64,000 nucleotides of DNA from Tubulanus polymorphus (lineage: Eukaryota > Animalia > Nemertea). Below the pieces are notes generated by a model. The model was not told the origin of the DNA, made no database searches, and saw only the letters and a list, made by a program, of their open reading frames with translations. Location of the stretch: the NCBI RefSeq assembly GCF_964204645.1, contig NC_134026.1, positions 10,687,950 to 10,751,949 of the forward strand. The letters run 5' to 3'. The position numbers and the translations under genes are program-made. Of this stretch, positions 40,701 to 48,610 are shown one piece after another (positions within the stretch are counted from its first letter, which is position 1; each line of letters starts with the position of its first letter).

Positions 40701-43700
40701 GGCACCTAGACATTCCAAGGTTCCGGATGACCAAGCCCAAGGACGTGATTCAAGGGCTCCGTCCGGGTCAATGGGCGGCTTCATTGGACCTGAAAGATGC
40801 TTACTTTCAGGTTCCAATTCACCCAAAATCTCGGCGATTTCTCAGGATAAAGTGGAAAGGCAGCCAGTTCCAATTCAGGTCTCTTCCATTTGGCCTCAGT
40901 ACGGCCCCGTGGGTTTTCACCAAGTTGGTCAAGTCAGTTCAGAAGGTACTTCAGTCAAGGGGTGTTCGACTGTTCGTTTACCTCGACGACTGGTTAATAG
41001 TCGCGAATTCGGCTCAGGAATGTCGGGAGGCAATGACCTCAGTCTTGGACTTAGTCCATCAGCTAGGGTTCCGCGTAAACAGGGAAAAATCTCAGTTGAC
41101 GCCGGCCCAACAGTTCACTTATCTCGGCATGGACTTCGATCTCCGAATCGGCAAAGTCTTTCCGTCTATGGTTCGAGTGGCCAAACTTCAAGAAGCTGTA
41201 GCGGGAGTGTCCACAACCCCGAGAACAGCTCGTTACTGGTCACGGCTTCTAGGCTCCATCAGCTCCATGGGTCTGGTGGTGCCCTTAGGCCGCCTCAGAA
41301 GCAGGCGCTTGCAACAATATTGGAAGGTCTTCTGGTCTCAGTCGAAGGGCAACTGGGAGGCCTTGATTCCCGTACCTCCAACCGATCTAAGTCCGGATCT
41401 TCAGTGGTGGGCGGCCACTACGAATCTTCGGCTCGGGGTGTCACTAGCCCCGTTAGAGGCTCCAGTTCGTGTATTCACGGATGCCAGTCACCAAGGTTGG
41501 GGGGCACATCTGGAGAACCGAGTCAAAGCCGGGAAATGGTCTCGCTACGAGGCCACCAACCACATAAATTTCCTAGAAATGCTGGCCGTGTGGAAGGCCC
41601 TGAAGTTCTTTCACAGGAGAGTGGAGGGCCACCACGTTTGGTTAGCCACAGACAATTCAACAGTGAGGGCTTACCTTCAGAACCAAGGGGGCACTCACTC
41701 AGAAACCCTCACAGGTCTGTCGGCCAAAATTCTTCTTTGGTGCCAGACAAAGGGCGTGTCCCTGACTGTGGCACATTTAGCAGGGAAAAGGAACGTGATG
41801 GCCGATGCTCTGTCTCGTCGAGGTCAGGCTATTGCGACAGAATGGGTTCTCCACCAAGAAGTAGCCGATCGGGTTTGGGGCATTTTTGGCAATCCGCTGC
41901 TGGATCTGTTTGCCACCCGGTTCAATCGGAGGTGTCCTCTGTTTGTGTCCCCGTTTCCAGACGCGGAAGCGTGGGGGGTCGATGCCTTCTCTCTGGACTG
42001 GTCGGGGATGCATGCGTATGCGTTCCCGCCCACACCAGTCCTGCCGCGCTTACTGGATCAAATAGAGAGATCAGTCAATTGCAACATAGTTCTGGTAGCA
42101 CCATGTTGGCCGGCTCAGAAATGGTTCCTACCACTTCTCAACCTACTGTGCGACAACCCCAGGATTCTTCCGAATTTCCCATCGCTTCTGTCTCAGGGGA
42201 TCTTTCGGCATCATCCAAACAGCCAGTGGTTAAATCTGCTCGCCTGGCCATTGTCCAGCGATCCTTGTCAGCTTCAGGCTTTTCAGAACAGGCTGCCTCC
42301 TTTATCGCAGGATCTAAGCGGCCATCAACAAGTACCATTTACGATGCCAAGTGGAGTCATTTTGCGGATTGGTGTGCTGCAGGGGAAATTGATCCATGCT
42401 CACCCTCTGTAGTTCAATTGGCAGATTTTTTACTGCACCTATTTGTAGCAAAAGGTTTACAGGTCATAACTATTAAAGGTTACCGCTCCGCGATTTCTCA
42501 TACATTGCGTGCTTCTGGATGGCCAAATGTAGCAGGGGATCATCGGATATCCCAGCTGGTTGCTGGGTTTTCTATTTCCCGGCCTCGGGTAACAAGGACA
42601 GTTCCACCATGGGATCTGTCTGTAATTTTGAAGAAGTTAATGGAGGCTCCATTTGAACCTCTTTCGGCAGCGTCTTTTGCAAATTTGTCAAAAAAGACTG
42701 TATTTTTGCTGTTCTTGGCTTGCTCGGCCCGTCGCTCTGAGATTCATGCGCTTTCAGTCCGACCAGGTCACATTGTCTTTGGGCCAGCGAATGAATTTGT
42801 TTCGCTGCGGCCTGCTTTGGAATTTTTGGCAAAGAACCAACGACCAGGCTCGGTTGGGCGTCAATGGCGAATTGAAGCCCTAAAACATCGAGTGGAACCG
42901 GGCATCCCGGACAGGACTTTATGTCCTGTGCGGGCGTTGTGTTTCTATTTAGATCGCTCTGCTTCACGGAGGGGTTCACGGGAGCGGTTATTTATTCCGC
43001 TGCTGGATCACCTAAAGGGTGATATTTCGCGGGACACAGTAGCCCGATGGGTCTCTTCAATGATCAAGGACATTTTATTGAAGGAGAATCTTTCCTCGGA
43101 GGGAGTCGTTTCTCATCAAGTGAGGTCTATGGCTACTTCCTGCGCAGCCTTTTCGGGTGCTCCGTTGGAGGAAGTCTGTCGGGCCGCCTTTTGGAATTCA
43201 CCGTCGACATTCACGTCATTTTATTTACGGGATGTTTCAGGCCAGTTAGGCTCATTAGCTTCACTGGGTCCTGTTGTCATGGCTCAAGGTGTCCGTTCTT
43301 TCCGATCGGACCCCTTAGTGTAGAATATTTATGTAGCATTATCAGGATCACAGGGGGTGTATCCTTGTACATAGTTTGGGCTCATATCTGCAAGTATTAA
43401 TTTCGCAAAATTCTGGGGGGGGCCCCTGAGCTGGACGGACTCACTGTGGCCAACCGGTCTTCCCTGTGCTACAGTGCTCCATTCCGTGCTTGGGTAAGTG
43501 CTCTCTTTTTCCCTCTTACCTTGCGTTTGAGCGGTGGTTTTTCTATCTACCTTTCCCACCATCCTTGTGCTAGGCTAGTCTAGCAAAAACCATAGGAAAG
43601 GGTACAGTACTCGACGGAAATATTACAATTTTTGGAACTAAAATTTGTATTTCCGAGTAGTACTTACCCTTTCCTATGGTGGGAATCCCGCCCACCTGCC

Positions 43701-46700
43701 CCGCATAGCTGTTTTTTTTTTTGGTCTGCTATGACGAAAAAAGATGGCGGATTTCGCCGGTGGCTAAATGCAATACCGCAGGGCCGGGTCGTATAGAAAA
43801 ACCATTGGCGATAAATCCAAATTTAGAAAATATTGGCAAAAACCATAGGAAAGGGTAAGTACTACTCGGAAATACAAATTTTAGTTCCAAAAATTGTAAT
43901 TTTCACGTTGAACGTGCTTTTAGGCTTTTGCCTTTACACATCTTTTGGGAGCCTTACCCACCGCCTGGTGCTTGGCTAATCCTTCTAAAATGTGCCCCAC
44001 ATTTGTATCCTGAAGGAAACATAATTTCCCGGAGTAAAATTTGTATTTTTGAGGGATACTTACTCACAGGATATTCCTGCCCGCCTTCCCCGCTCGGCTC
44101 TTTGCGCTGAGTTTCAGAAGAAATTGAGTCATGTGGCTCGTGGCGGCGTACGGTAGTGGTTATTCCAAAAAATGTTTAGCGGTATAGTTCCCAAACTAAG
44201 GTAACTTCTAAAATGTGCTCCACGTAAGTATCCCTCAGAAATACAAATTTTACTCTGGAAAATTATGATTTGAAGGGTAACTATTAAAGATGAAATTAAT
44301 TTGAAAGTATTTATTTCCACTATTACACACTTTGGCTGAATTCTCTGAACATCGCTTATTTGCTCTATTGCCACAAAAGCTTACTCTAAAACAGTAAACA
44401 TTTTTCCCAAGACATCAAATAATTTGTTTATGATTAATTTTCTGTATTTATGATTAATTTTCTTGTTTTTAGACTTACAGGTGACAGTAGAAGCGTCTCA
44501 GCTAACTGAACAAGGCATTCCAATAATATCGCTGTCAAATGGTTATTCATATATATTTAGACCGGAATTAGGATCCTGGTAAGGATTTATGCCGAAACTC
44601 TGTTCTTGCAACAAAATAGCAGTATCATCTGGGGCCTATTAGTCATTCTTTTACAGAATGATTTTGGCATTTCATTTAAGTTACATTAGTACTGTATTGT
44701 TATGATTCATAAAACTATAAGTCATTCTAAGAAATGGTCCCCAAAGGTATCACTTTACCACAGGGAATATAAGCAAATTTATTTCTCATCATTAACTATG
44801 AAAGCAACTGAAATTTTTTTAAGATTATGTATTGATTTTGATTGATTCTTCGATGAAATCTAGCATCTTTGTCCTACTGCATTGTCTATCCCCTCTTGCT
44901 ACGAGTGGAATTCTCTACACAGCCTCTGCATTCTCATTGGCGGCAATAACCCCCGGTTTTGTTACTGGTACAGGGTTTCTTAATTTGTACCAGTTAATAA
45001 ACATGCCACACTTACTGTATTATAACTATGATTGATGAATTTTCTCAGGCCACTCATTAGCCCACTTCTGACTCACTTTCCATTAGAATCAAGTTATCTT
45101 GCAAAGCTTTGAAAACACTTCGAAGGATTGTCTTAATACAGTAATCAATGTAGTTTCGAAGTAATAGGTTTCTCCAATTTTCTCCAGATAATAAGGCATT
45201 GAATGATCAAAGTGTCGGATTGTCAAGCATTTAAGTACTCATAGTGTGCAAGGTTTTGCTGGACCCCTGATATTGTTGCGAGGGCTAATCATCAACACCA
45301 GGGTATACAGTCACTGTTTATAGACTATCTTCATGATTATTGATTCTTATTACCTATAGGTTACAAGTGGCCAGTACAGCTGATTCCATACAACAAGTAT
45401 CCAACCACCATAGCAGTCTGCCATCTAGAACTCAGATATTCACTGAACGAGGGCAGCTAGCAACATTACAAAATCGTACTACAGGGTATGTTATTTAGTA
45501 GTATTCAATGTTGAAGATACATCCCAGGTAGTGCCACAGACAAACATGGAAATGCTCGGAGCAAAAAAAAGTTTTTGTTCCTAATCACTATGGTCAGATT
45601 GGTCCTGAAAGTAAATTTCTGTTAGCTTTTGGTGGTACAAATTGTAACCACTGGATATACACAGCTGATATTTTGTCATTAGGAGGGAAATAGGTGCTGG
45701 AATTGATATGGTTTTGTCCATCAGCTCAAAGGCGTTTGGAACTACTAGGAGAAAATGTGTAAAATTTTAATGATTTTTGTGCTAATCGATGCTTGACCTT
45801 GCTTCTGGATGATGACATCATAGGGAAAGCCCTTCAGAAAGGCAACACTTTGAAAGCCCTTTAGAAGTCTAAATGATGTTAAGATTATCAAGAAATATTG
45901 ATTGTTCTGCCATGTGCTAGTGAGTAATAGGGAAAACCCATTAACATGTATATCATCAAAATTGAACATGTTACTACACAGTACATCATGATTTCATCTT
46001 TATCAGCTGTTAATACGTTATTGCAAATCTAAGAACAAAGTGATTTTTGTGCTCAAAACTAAAATGTACTCAGTTGATCCTACTGGACCCATGGTCCTTT
46101 ATTGAAGGTTTCAAGGGAAAATTTTAAAGGCGCTTCCATCAATTATCTTGATCTTTCACATACACGTATTTGTATTTGAATATTGAAATTGTCAGATTGT
46201 TGAGCAGCTCAAAGCACTTCCCAAGAGGGCATGGTGTCCCTGGACCCCTAGTTAAGTTCCACAGTGACGTACAAAACATTTGAAGTAACAAAAAAATCTT
46301 TAAAGGTCCTGTTTTAAGTACATACTGTTGCAAAACAGATGTAGATCAAGTTGATATGTATCCTAAGAATTGTAAGAACATGCACTCATATTTGTAGAGG
46401 TGGACGTCTTGCCAGCCGAGTATTCAACACGGACCATGCTCTGCAGCAGAGTACGACAGTTAGTCATCTCGAAAAACAAGTGTGCGCGGCATTGGCATTA
46501 GAATCCGGTAAAGAATATCACTTCTGGTTCCTAGCTTACGTTCGCTATATTGTACAAGAAGGTATGTATAGATTATAATCATTACATGTGAATTTTCTAT
46601 ATCGCCCTTCTACTGTCGCATGTACGTGGCGAATGCCTTCAGATATTATGTATGATACACTGTAGTGTGATGATTTTTAGTGAACATTCATGGGCACATT

Positions 46701-48332
46701 TTAACTGCAATAATTCAGGGCGTAATGCATGAGATGCTGATTGTCATGGAATGAGGGTATGCTACATTGGAAATAGCCATTACATTCCAAAATATAATAG
46801 TCTTTCATGGGTTCGAGAGCACTCGAAGTGCTCGGAAAATGCTTTTAATTTCAAAAATTCCCAAACCCCCCGAAAAAGCTTTGCACCTTCTGTGCTCACA
46901 ATTGCTGATGGCTAAGCTGTCAGCTGGTTCACGTGTGTAAATTAAGAAAAAATACCGTGGATTTTATAGGTCGGCTTCTCATCCCTGGTTTAAGTCTGTA
47001 TTGCCCTATGCCTGTATTATGTTTTGGGTTTATTGAGGCCATGTAATTGTTTTCTTCAGGGAAGTTTACTCCCACCTGCATGTTTTCATCTTGCATTGTT
47101 CAAGATAATCTTGATCCATGCAACGATGAAAACACACACACACTATCTTCAGTCTTCAAAATCACTATGATATATACAGTAGGCCTAACCTCCCTAACAT
47201 TTCCCGACCACTGACAATTATAGTATTATACAGTATGATTATAGTATGGTTAGCCTCAAAATAGTATCAGTAGTTTTCTACAGTAGATCGCTTGCCTCAG
47301 ATCACAAAGGACCAATACATTTTCTCCAGATTATTTCAAATGAATTGGAATTAACATAGCATTTTGTTCCATGTGAATTCCAGTCATGGTGACGATATGT
47401 TGTCATCACGTGCATTAATGAGGGAAATATAAAAAATTTAGTGACGCATGATGATCAAGGCTCCGTGGAAAGAGGAGTTCACTGGAGATAAAACAATGAA
47501 AATGTATAAGAGATAGATATAGATAATGGCTTTCCAAGCAAGTGATCAGTAATTCTTTTGCAGGTTTGGAAAAGAAGCTTCGTGAGGTTTGTGATAACTT
47601 ATTGGGTCCTTTATTTAAGACCAAAACCTCAGGATGGGAACCGAAAATATTGGTAAGTTCTACTTTCATATCTATTTAAATGAGTGAGTTTACAAAGTTT
47701 TACCACTAGATTTTAAGCAGGTTTCTAGGCAGCAATTCCTGAAAATGGTCAATGGAAATCCAGATTACAAACGCTATTGTATTAGTTTTAGGGATTATGG
47801 TATTCTTGAATAGGATGATTGCAATGTGGTCAAAATGAATGAATACACTCTTCTGGTGCATTCATTTTGACCACAAAGCGGTGGAATGGGAATGGGTCAA
47901 TTCAAGTCCTTTAAAATCATACACAGTGGAGAATGGGGTTCGTTTGAAGTTGCCATTTTAGTCCTGTTGAGAATATGTCCTGGACCAAAATGGTGAACAG
48001 TATTTATTAGAAATTACAGTTAGTGTACAATCGGGTCATGGAATTGGGATACAAAAGGTTCTTGAAAGTCATGGAATGAGACTTGTCGTGGAGACTATGA
48101 ACCTTGGAAGAGTATAACAGAATTAGAAGAGCTAAATTGAAACCTGCATAAATATCCGCATAGACATTTTGGTAGAGAATGTGATGCAAATATTTTTTTC
48201 TATTTTTGCATTTTTCAGTCTTTAGACAAACGAAAATTACTGGAAGAGATTATTCCCATAATTGGTTCCAATCTAACGCTGCAGAGATTATTCACTGAGT
48301 ACAAAGAACAATTAGACTCGACGAAAACTTGA
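460..48332 (+). CDS. HIRA: HIRA histone H3.3 chaperone, spliced gene (5' exons outside window), 23 coding exons, ~928 aa visible
   Basis: Hand-spliced GT-AG exons give one frame to TGA at 48330-48332: WD40 repeats ([55 protein letters not shown]), B-domain (KQIETRTPDGRRRITP), C-terminal HIRA domain (LQRLFTEYKEQL). Exon phases are consistent throughout. Confidence 0.97.
738..1156 (-). repeat. Gypsy 3' LTR (419 bp, two internal deletions relative to the 5' LTR)
   Basis: Direct repeat of 7307..7823. Confidence 0.95.
1157..1171 (-). promoter_or_regulatory. polypurine tract
   Basis: ggacaagggggcatc immediately before the 3' LTR. Confidence 0.7.
2027..6985 (-). pseudogene. pol: Gypsy pol (protease, RT, RNase H, integrase, chromodomain tail), broken by frameshifts
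   Basis: ALIDTGAS protease; KLDLNSGFHQ and FIDD RT; DSSDYAIG RNase H; HHCC zinc finger plus DDE integrase (IDF..SDRG); GPY/F motif YVGPY; spread over ORFs 6677-6985, 6220-6732, 5291-6283, 3654-5183, 3127-3654 and an ATG-less frame ~3240-2027. Confidence 0.93.
7295..7304 (-). promoter_or_regulatory. primer-binding site TGGTGGAGAA (tRNA-Ala-like 3' end)
   Basis: Starts 2 nt inside the 5' LTR; complementary to ...TCTCCACCA. Confidence 0.75.
7307..7823 (-). repeat. Gypsy 5' LTR (517 bp)
   Basis: Direct repeat of 738..1156; contains a (TAT)n microsatellite. Confidence 0.95.
9333..9423 (+). CDS. HIRA: HIRA exon ([27 protein letters not shown])
   Basis: ttccag|...|gtaggt. Confidence 0.93.
10152..11127 (+). 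mobile_element. Helentron-associated (HINE/DINE-1-like) non-autonomous element with ~150-bp tandem units
   Basis: 5' TTTTAGCCCACTTGGGA plus hairpin, GTCC microsatellite, ~3 tandem units, 3' TCCCAAGTGGG subterminal IR and CTAGTT end. Confidence 0.7.
11401..12188. mobile_element. non-autonomous DNA element with AAAAAGGGCAC repeats
   Basis: cagggg.tgatc ... ggatccgcccctag imperfect termini; internal repeated motif. Confidence 0.45.
12332..12616. mobile_element. MITE, TTAA-flanked, Kolobok-like
   Basis: ttaa|agatcatcggtt ... aacccgatgaccc|ttaa. Confidence 0.5.
12894..12988 (+). CDS. HIRA: HIRA exon (YTGSSTVFGSSGKLVNVETWRC..LRGHTG)
   Basis: ttgtag|...|gtaagc. Confidence 0.93.
13412..13668 (+). 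CDS. HIRA: HIRA exon (DILDLAWSP...TKPFDE)
   Basis: tttcag|...|gtttgt; overlaps ORF 13477..13776. Confidence 0.95.
14386..14553 (+). CDS. HIRA: HIRA exon ([16 protein letters not shown]...GHRKAITAV)
   Basis: ttgtag|...|gtatgt. Confidence 0.95.
15546..15596 (+). CDS. HIRA: HIRA exon (KFNPNILSKKMKKDAPG)
   Basis: ttacag|...|gtttgt. Confidence 0.88.
15677..15733 (+). CDS. HIRA: HIRA exon (AQQYCCCAIGSRDRSLSIW)
   Basis: ttttag|...|gtgcgt; in-frame alternative CAG acceptors just downstream. Confidence 0.9.
15955..16025 (+). CDS. HIRA: HIRA exon (VTALKRPLVVTHDLFSNSVLDISW)
   Basis: ttgcag|...|gtaaga. Confidence 0.93.
16109..16214 (+). CDS. HIRA: HIRA exon (SRTGMELLACSWDGTVAF...EEK)
   Basis: tttcag|...|gtgagg. 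Confidence 0.93.
17745..17948 (+). CDS. HIRA: HIRA exon (NHFYQKVYGKS...IIETPAML, Q-rich)
   Basis: tttcag|...|gtaaga. Confidence 0.9.
18115..18200 (+). CDS. HIRA: HIRA exon, Asf1-binding B-domain (KQIETRTPDGRRRITPIFIA)
   Basis: tttcag|...|gtacag; B-domain motif. Confidence 0.94.
18369..18537 (+). CDS. HIRA: HIRA exon (DAPLPFS...MEEIK)
   Basis: tttcag|...|gttaga; phase-compatible open frame. Confidence 0.85.
18626..18696 (+). CDS. HIRA: HIRA exon (LTALESKVAEKAKP...)
   Basis: ttacag|...|gtaagt; phase-compatible. Confidence 0.8.
19309..21483. mobile_element. non-autonomous hAT-like element (2.2 kb)
   Basis: 13-bp perfect TIR CAGTGTTCTCCAT/ATGGAGAACACTG; near-TSD caggac/caggcc. Confidence 0.7.
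21596..21779 (+). CDS. HIRA: HIRA exon with basic NLS-like KRK..KRHRKEK
   Basis: ttgcag|...|gtaaat; phase-compatible. Confidence 0.85.
22229..22315 (+). CDS. HIRA: HIRA exon (NIGISSVNYPSSPGINLPCLSIDKSQRFH)
   Basis: cttcag|...|gtgagt; phase 0-0. Confidence 0.8.
22938..26570 (+). mobile_element. DIRS retrotransposon, internally deleted copy of the 37780..43900 family, lacking the right ITR
   Basis: Same left terminus (atttccgtcgagtactg), colinear fragments of ORF1, RT/RNaseH/MT and YR (ORFs 23532-26164), ICR ~26498-26570. Confidence 0.93.
26697..28400. mobile_element. piggyBac-like non-autonomous element containing a nested LINE fragment
   Basis: TTAA|CCCTTAACCTGCC ... GGCAAGTTAAGGG|TTAA. 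Confidence 0.7.
27090..28137 (+). mobile_element. 5'-truncated non-LTR retrotransposon (CR1/L2-group) 3' end
   Basis: Degenerate RT C-terminus (WLRANRLSVNIDKTQYM, KFL..IFDCNLTWKDHI, LQKRALRTI), AATAAA and (AACTT)n tail. Confidence 0.8.
28655..28815 (+). CDS. HIRA: HIRA exon (ISGIAG..IQIENGV...WEHVLSAKISGVSGS)
   Basis: ttacag|...|gtaagt. Confidence 0.9.
29816..29977 (+). CDS. HIRA: HIRA exon (HLICVSCEDCTISIFTLCGRRILSP...GTLSIW)
   Basis: cgacag|...|gtaaga. Confidence 0.93.
30067..30125 (+). CDS. HIRA: HIRA exon (NMNLFSAVIKNESLDSILT)
   Basis: ttttag|...|gtatgt. Confidence 0.9.
30470..31647 (+). repeat. degenerate HINE-like copy with a nested repeat (31138..31570, also present at ~46600..46987)
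   Basis: Same ~150-bp units and cccaagtgggcatgg 3' motif as 10152..11127. Confidence 0.55.
32248..32766. mobile_element. MITE with ~100-bp TIRs and 9-bp TSD (Mutator-like)
   Basis: TSD AATTATGTC at 32239-32247 and 32767-32775; TIR CATCCTCCC..GGGAGGATG. Confidence 0.85.
33284..33665 (+). repeat. ~190-bp diverged tandem duplication inside the old DIRS ORF1 region
   Basis: cctcctccccttccagc..gacctctggaaaggg occurs at ~33284 and ~33476. Confidence 0.7.
35320..36788. mobile_element. LTR-like insert (solo LTR or deleted LTR element) in the old DIRS MT region
   Basis: TATA|TGTAACC ... GGTTCACA|TATA; AT-rich block interrupting GC-rich DIRS sequence. Confidence 0.55.
38123..40374 (+). CDS. DIRS ORF1 (gag-like; N-terminal Cys/His zinc finger, RS-rich region), apparent frameshift at ~38205
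   Basis: ORF 38164..40374 (736 aa) plus upstream ATG 38123 frame MPPPPKGQHRG..CGH..WDNHDSC continuing as VKC..C..C..C..WS in the main frame. Confidence 0.85.
40241..42412 (+). CDS. DIRS ORF2: reverse transcriptase, RNase H, DNA adenine methyltransferase-like domain
   Basis: PVGG, LDLKDAYFQ, LPFGLSTAP, YLDDWL; FTDAS..GWG, HINFLE, TDN, NVMADALSR; DLFA..DAF..W..YAFPP. Confidence 0.95.
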   Translation: MPVGELARNFNNRVKPRPVVTVPVRIEARGRLQKGALPFGKTRNEFLGPVGGCLQQAATHWSDLFGDGWPSRVVSRGYRLRFLRRPRLMRSPPDMRPKPGQEALISPALKELAEKGAIEPVCNETSPGWFSRIFMVPKATGGQRTVIDLSSLNRHLDIPRFRMTKPKDVIQGLRPGQWAASLDLKDAYFQVPIHPKSRRFLRIKWKGSQFQFRSLPFGLSTAPWVFTKLVKSVQKVLQSRGVRLFVYLDDWLIVANSAQECREAMTSVLDLVHQLGFRVNREKSQLTPAQQFTYLGMDFDLRIGKVFPSMVRVAKLQEAVAGVSTTPRTARYWSRLLGSISSMGLVVPLGRLRSRRLQQYWKVFWSQSKGNWEALIPVPPTDLSPDLQWWAATTNLRLGVSLAPLEAPVRVFTDASHQGWGAHLENRVKAGKWSRYEATNHINFLEMLAVWKALKFFHRRVEGHHVWLATDNSTVRAYLQNQGGTHSETLTGLSAKILLWCQTKGVSLTVAHLAGKRNVMADALSRRGQAIATEWVLHQEVADRVWGIFGNPLLDLFATRFNRRCPLFVSPFPDAEAWGVDAFSLDWSGMHAYAFPPTPVLPRLLDQIERSVNCNIVLVAPCWPAQKWFLPLLNLLCDNPRILPNFPSLLSQGIFRHHPNSQWLNLLAWPLSSDPCQLQAFQNRLPPLSQDLSGHQQVPFTMPSGVILRIGVLQGKLIHAHPL
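40396..43323 (+). CDS. DIRS ORF3: tyrosine recombinase with long N-terminal part overlapping ORF2
   Basis: 975-aa open frame; SAM-like core-binding region (TIKGYRSAI), catalytic R (ARRSE), K (LAKNQ), HQVR, W (FWNS), Y (FYLRD). Confidence 0.95.
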   Translation: MSAAGSNPLVRPLWRRLALPGRLSGLPSPFPKATAPDEVTSRHAAKTRSGGLNLSGSQGTGREGSDRTSLQRNFSRLVFSNIHGTKGHRGSTDSDRSVIPQSAPRHSKVPDDQAQGRDSRAPSGSMGGFIGPERCLLSGSNSPKISAISQDKVERQPVPIQVSSIWPQYGPVGFHQVGQVSSEGTSVKGCSTVRLPRRLVNSREFGSGMSGGNDLSLGLSPSARVPRKQGKISVDAGPTVHLSRHGLRSPNRQSLSVYGSSGQTSRSCSGSVHNPENSSLLVTASRLHQLHGSGGALRPPQKQALATILEGLLVSVEGQLGGLDSRTSNRSKSGSSVVGGHYESSARGVTSPVRGSSSCIHGCQSPRLGGTSGEPSQSREMVSLRGHQPHKFPRNAGRVEGPEVLSQESGGPPRLVSHRQFNSEGLPSEPRGHSLRNPHRSVGQNSSLVPDKGRVPDCGTFSREKERDGRCSVSSRSGYCDRMGSPPRSSRSGLGHFWQSAAGSVCHPVQSEVSSVCVPVSRRGSVGGRCLLSGLVGDACVCVPAHTSPAALTGSNREISQLQHSSGSTMLAGSEMVPTTSQPTVRQPQDSSEFPIASVSGDLSASSKQPVVKSARLAIVQRSLSASGFSEQAASFIAGSKRPSTSTIYDAKWSHFADWCAAGEIDPCSPSVVQLADFLLHLFVAKGLQVITIKGYRSAISHTLRASGWPNVAGDHRISQLVAGFSISRPRVTRTVPPWDLSVILKKLMEAPFEPLSAASFANLSKKTVFLLFLACSARRSEIHALSVRPGHIVFGPANEFVSLRPALEFLAKNQRPGSVGRQWRIEALKHRVEPGIPDRTLCPVRALCFYLDRSASRRGSRERLFIPLLDHLKGDISRDTVARWVSSMIKDILLKENLSSEGVVSHQVRSMATSCAAFSGAPLEEVCRAAFWNSPSTFTSFYLRDVSGQLGSLASLGPVVMAQGVRSFRSDPLV
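44473..44578 (+). CDS. HIRA: HIRA exon (LTEQGIPIISLSNGYSYIF..LGSW)
   Basis: ttttag|...|gtaagg. Confidence 0.92.
45360..45485 (+). CDS. HIRA: HIRA exon (LQVASTADSIQQVSNHHSSLP...GQLATLQ)
   Basis: ctatag|...|gtatgt. Confidence 0.9.
46398..46561 (+). CDS. HIRA: HIRA exon (HLEKQVCAALALESGKEYHFWFLAYVRYIVQE)
   Basis: ttgtag|...|gtatgt. Confidence 0.94.
47564..47652 (+). CDS. HIRA: HIRA exon (GLEKKLREVCDNLLGP...WEPKIL)
   Basis: ttgcag|...|gtaagt. Confidence 0.94.
48219..48332 (+). CDS. HIRA: HIRA terminal coding exon (..IGSNLTLQRLFTEYKEQLDSTKT*)
   Basis: tttcag|...TGA. Confidence 0.94.
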   Translation, partial: SLDKRKLLEEIIPIIGSNLTLQRLFTEYKEQLDSTKT

Positions 48333-48604
48333 GATTTATAACACAGATACAATAATGTATTTTAGCGAGACTTCATTTGTTGTTGGAACTACAGAATGAG
48401 TTTACGGTTTTTTGAAAAAAACTTAGGTCAGTCAAACAGCCGGAAGTTTATCGAAACTCTACAGCAATAATACATGCATTTAATTGTTGAAGAAAATCAT
48501 GTGCTCATATGAATTTTTACTTTGATTATTCGTTGAATACGTGTAAGATAGAGGAAAGAATATGACAACTAAGTTTCAGTGGTATGGTAGTGTCCGTTGC
48601 TTCC

Positions 48605-48610
48605 AATAAA
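48605..48610 (+). promoter_or_regulatory. candidate HIRA polyadenylation signal
   Basis: AATAAA ~270 nt after the stop codon. Confidence 0.35.

Larger units (their letters stand above)
37780..43900 (+). mobile_element. near-intact DIRS (tyrosine-recombinase) retrotransposon
   Basis: Inverted terminal repeats ~37780-37918 and ~43736-43900, ICR ~43583-43680, three long ORFs, AAT at both junctions instead of a classical TSD. Confidence 0.97.
31667..44267 (+). mobile_element. old, decayed DIRS of a second family, hosting nested insertions
   Basis: Left ITR ~31667-31798, right ITR ~44117-44267, ICR ~43983-44063 complementary to both ends; GC-rich remnants of RNase H (tggttagccacc = WLAT), MT (gacgctttc = DAF) and YR. 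Confidence 0.85.

Noticed and set aside
44427-44463. 20-bp tandem duplication just upstream of a HIRA acceptor
   Set aside because: Acceptor and frame are intact; no evidence of any effect.
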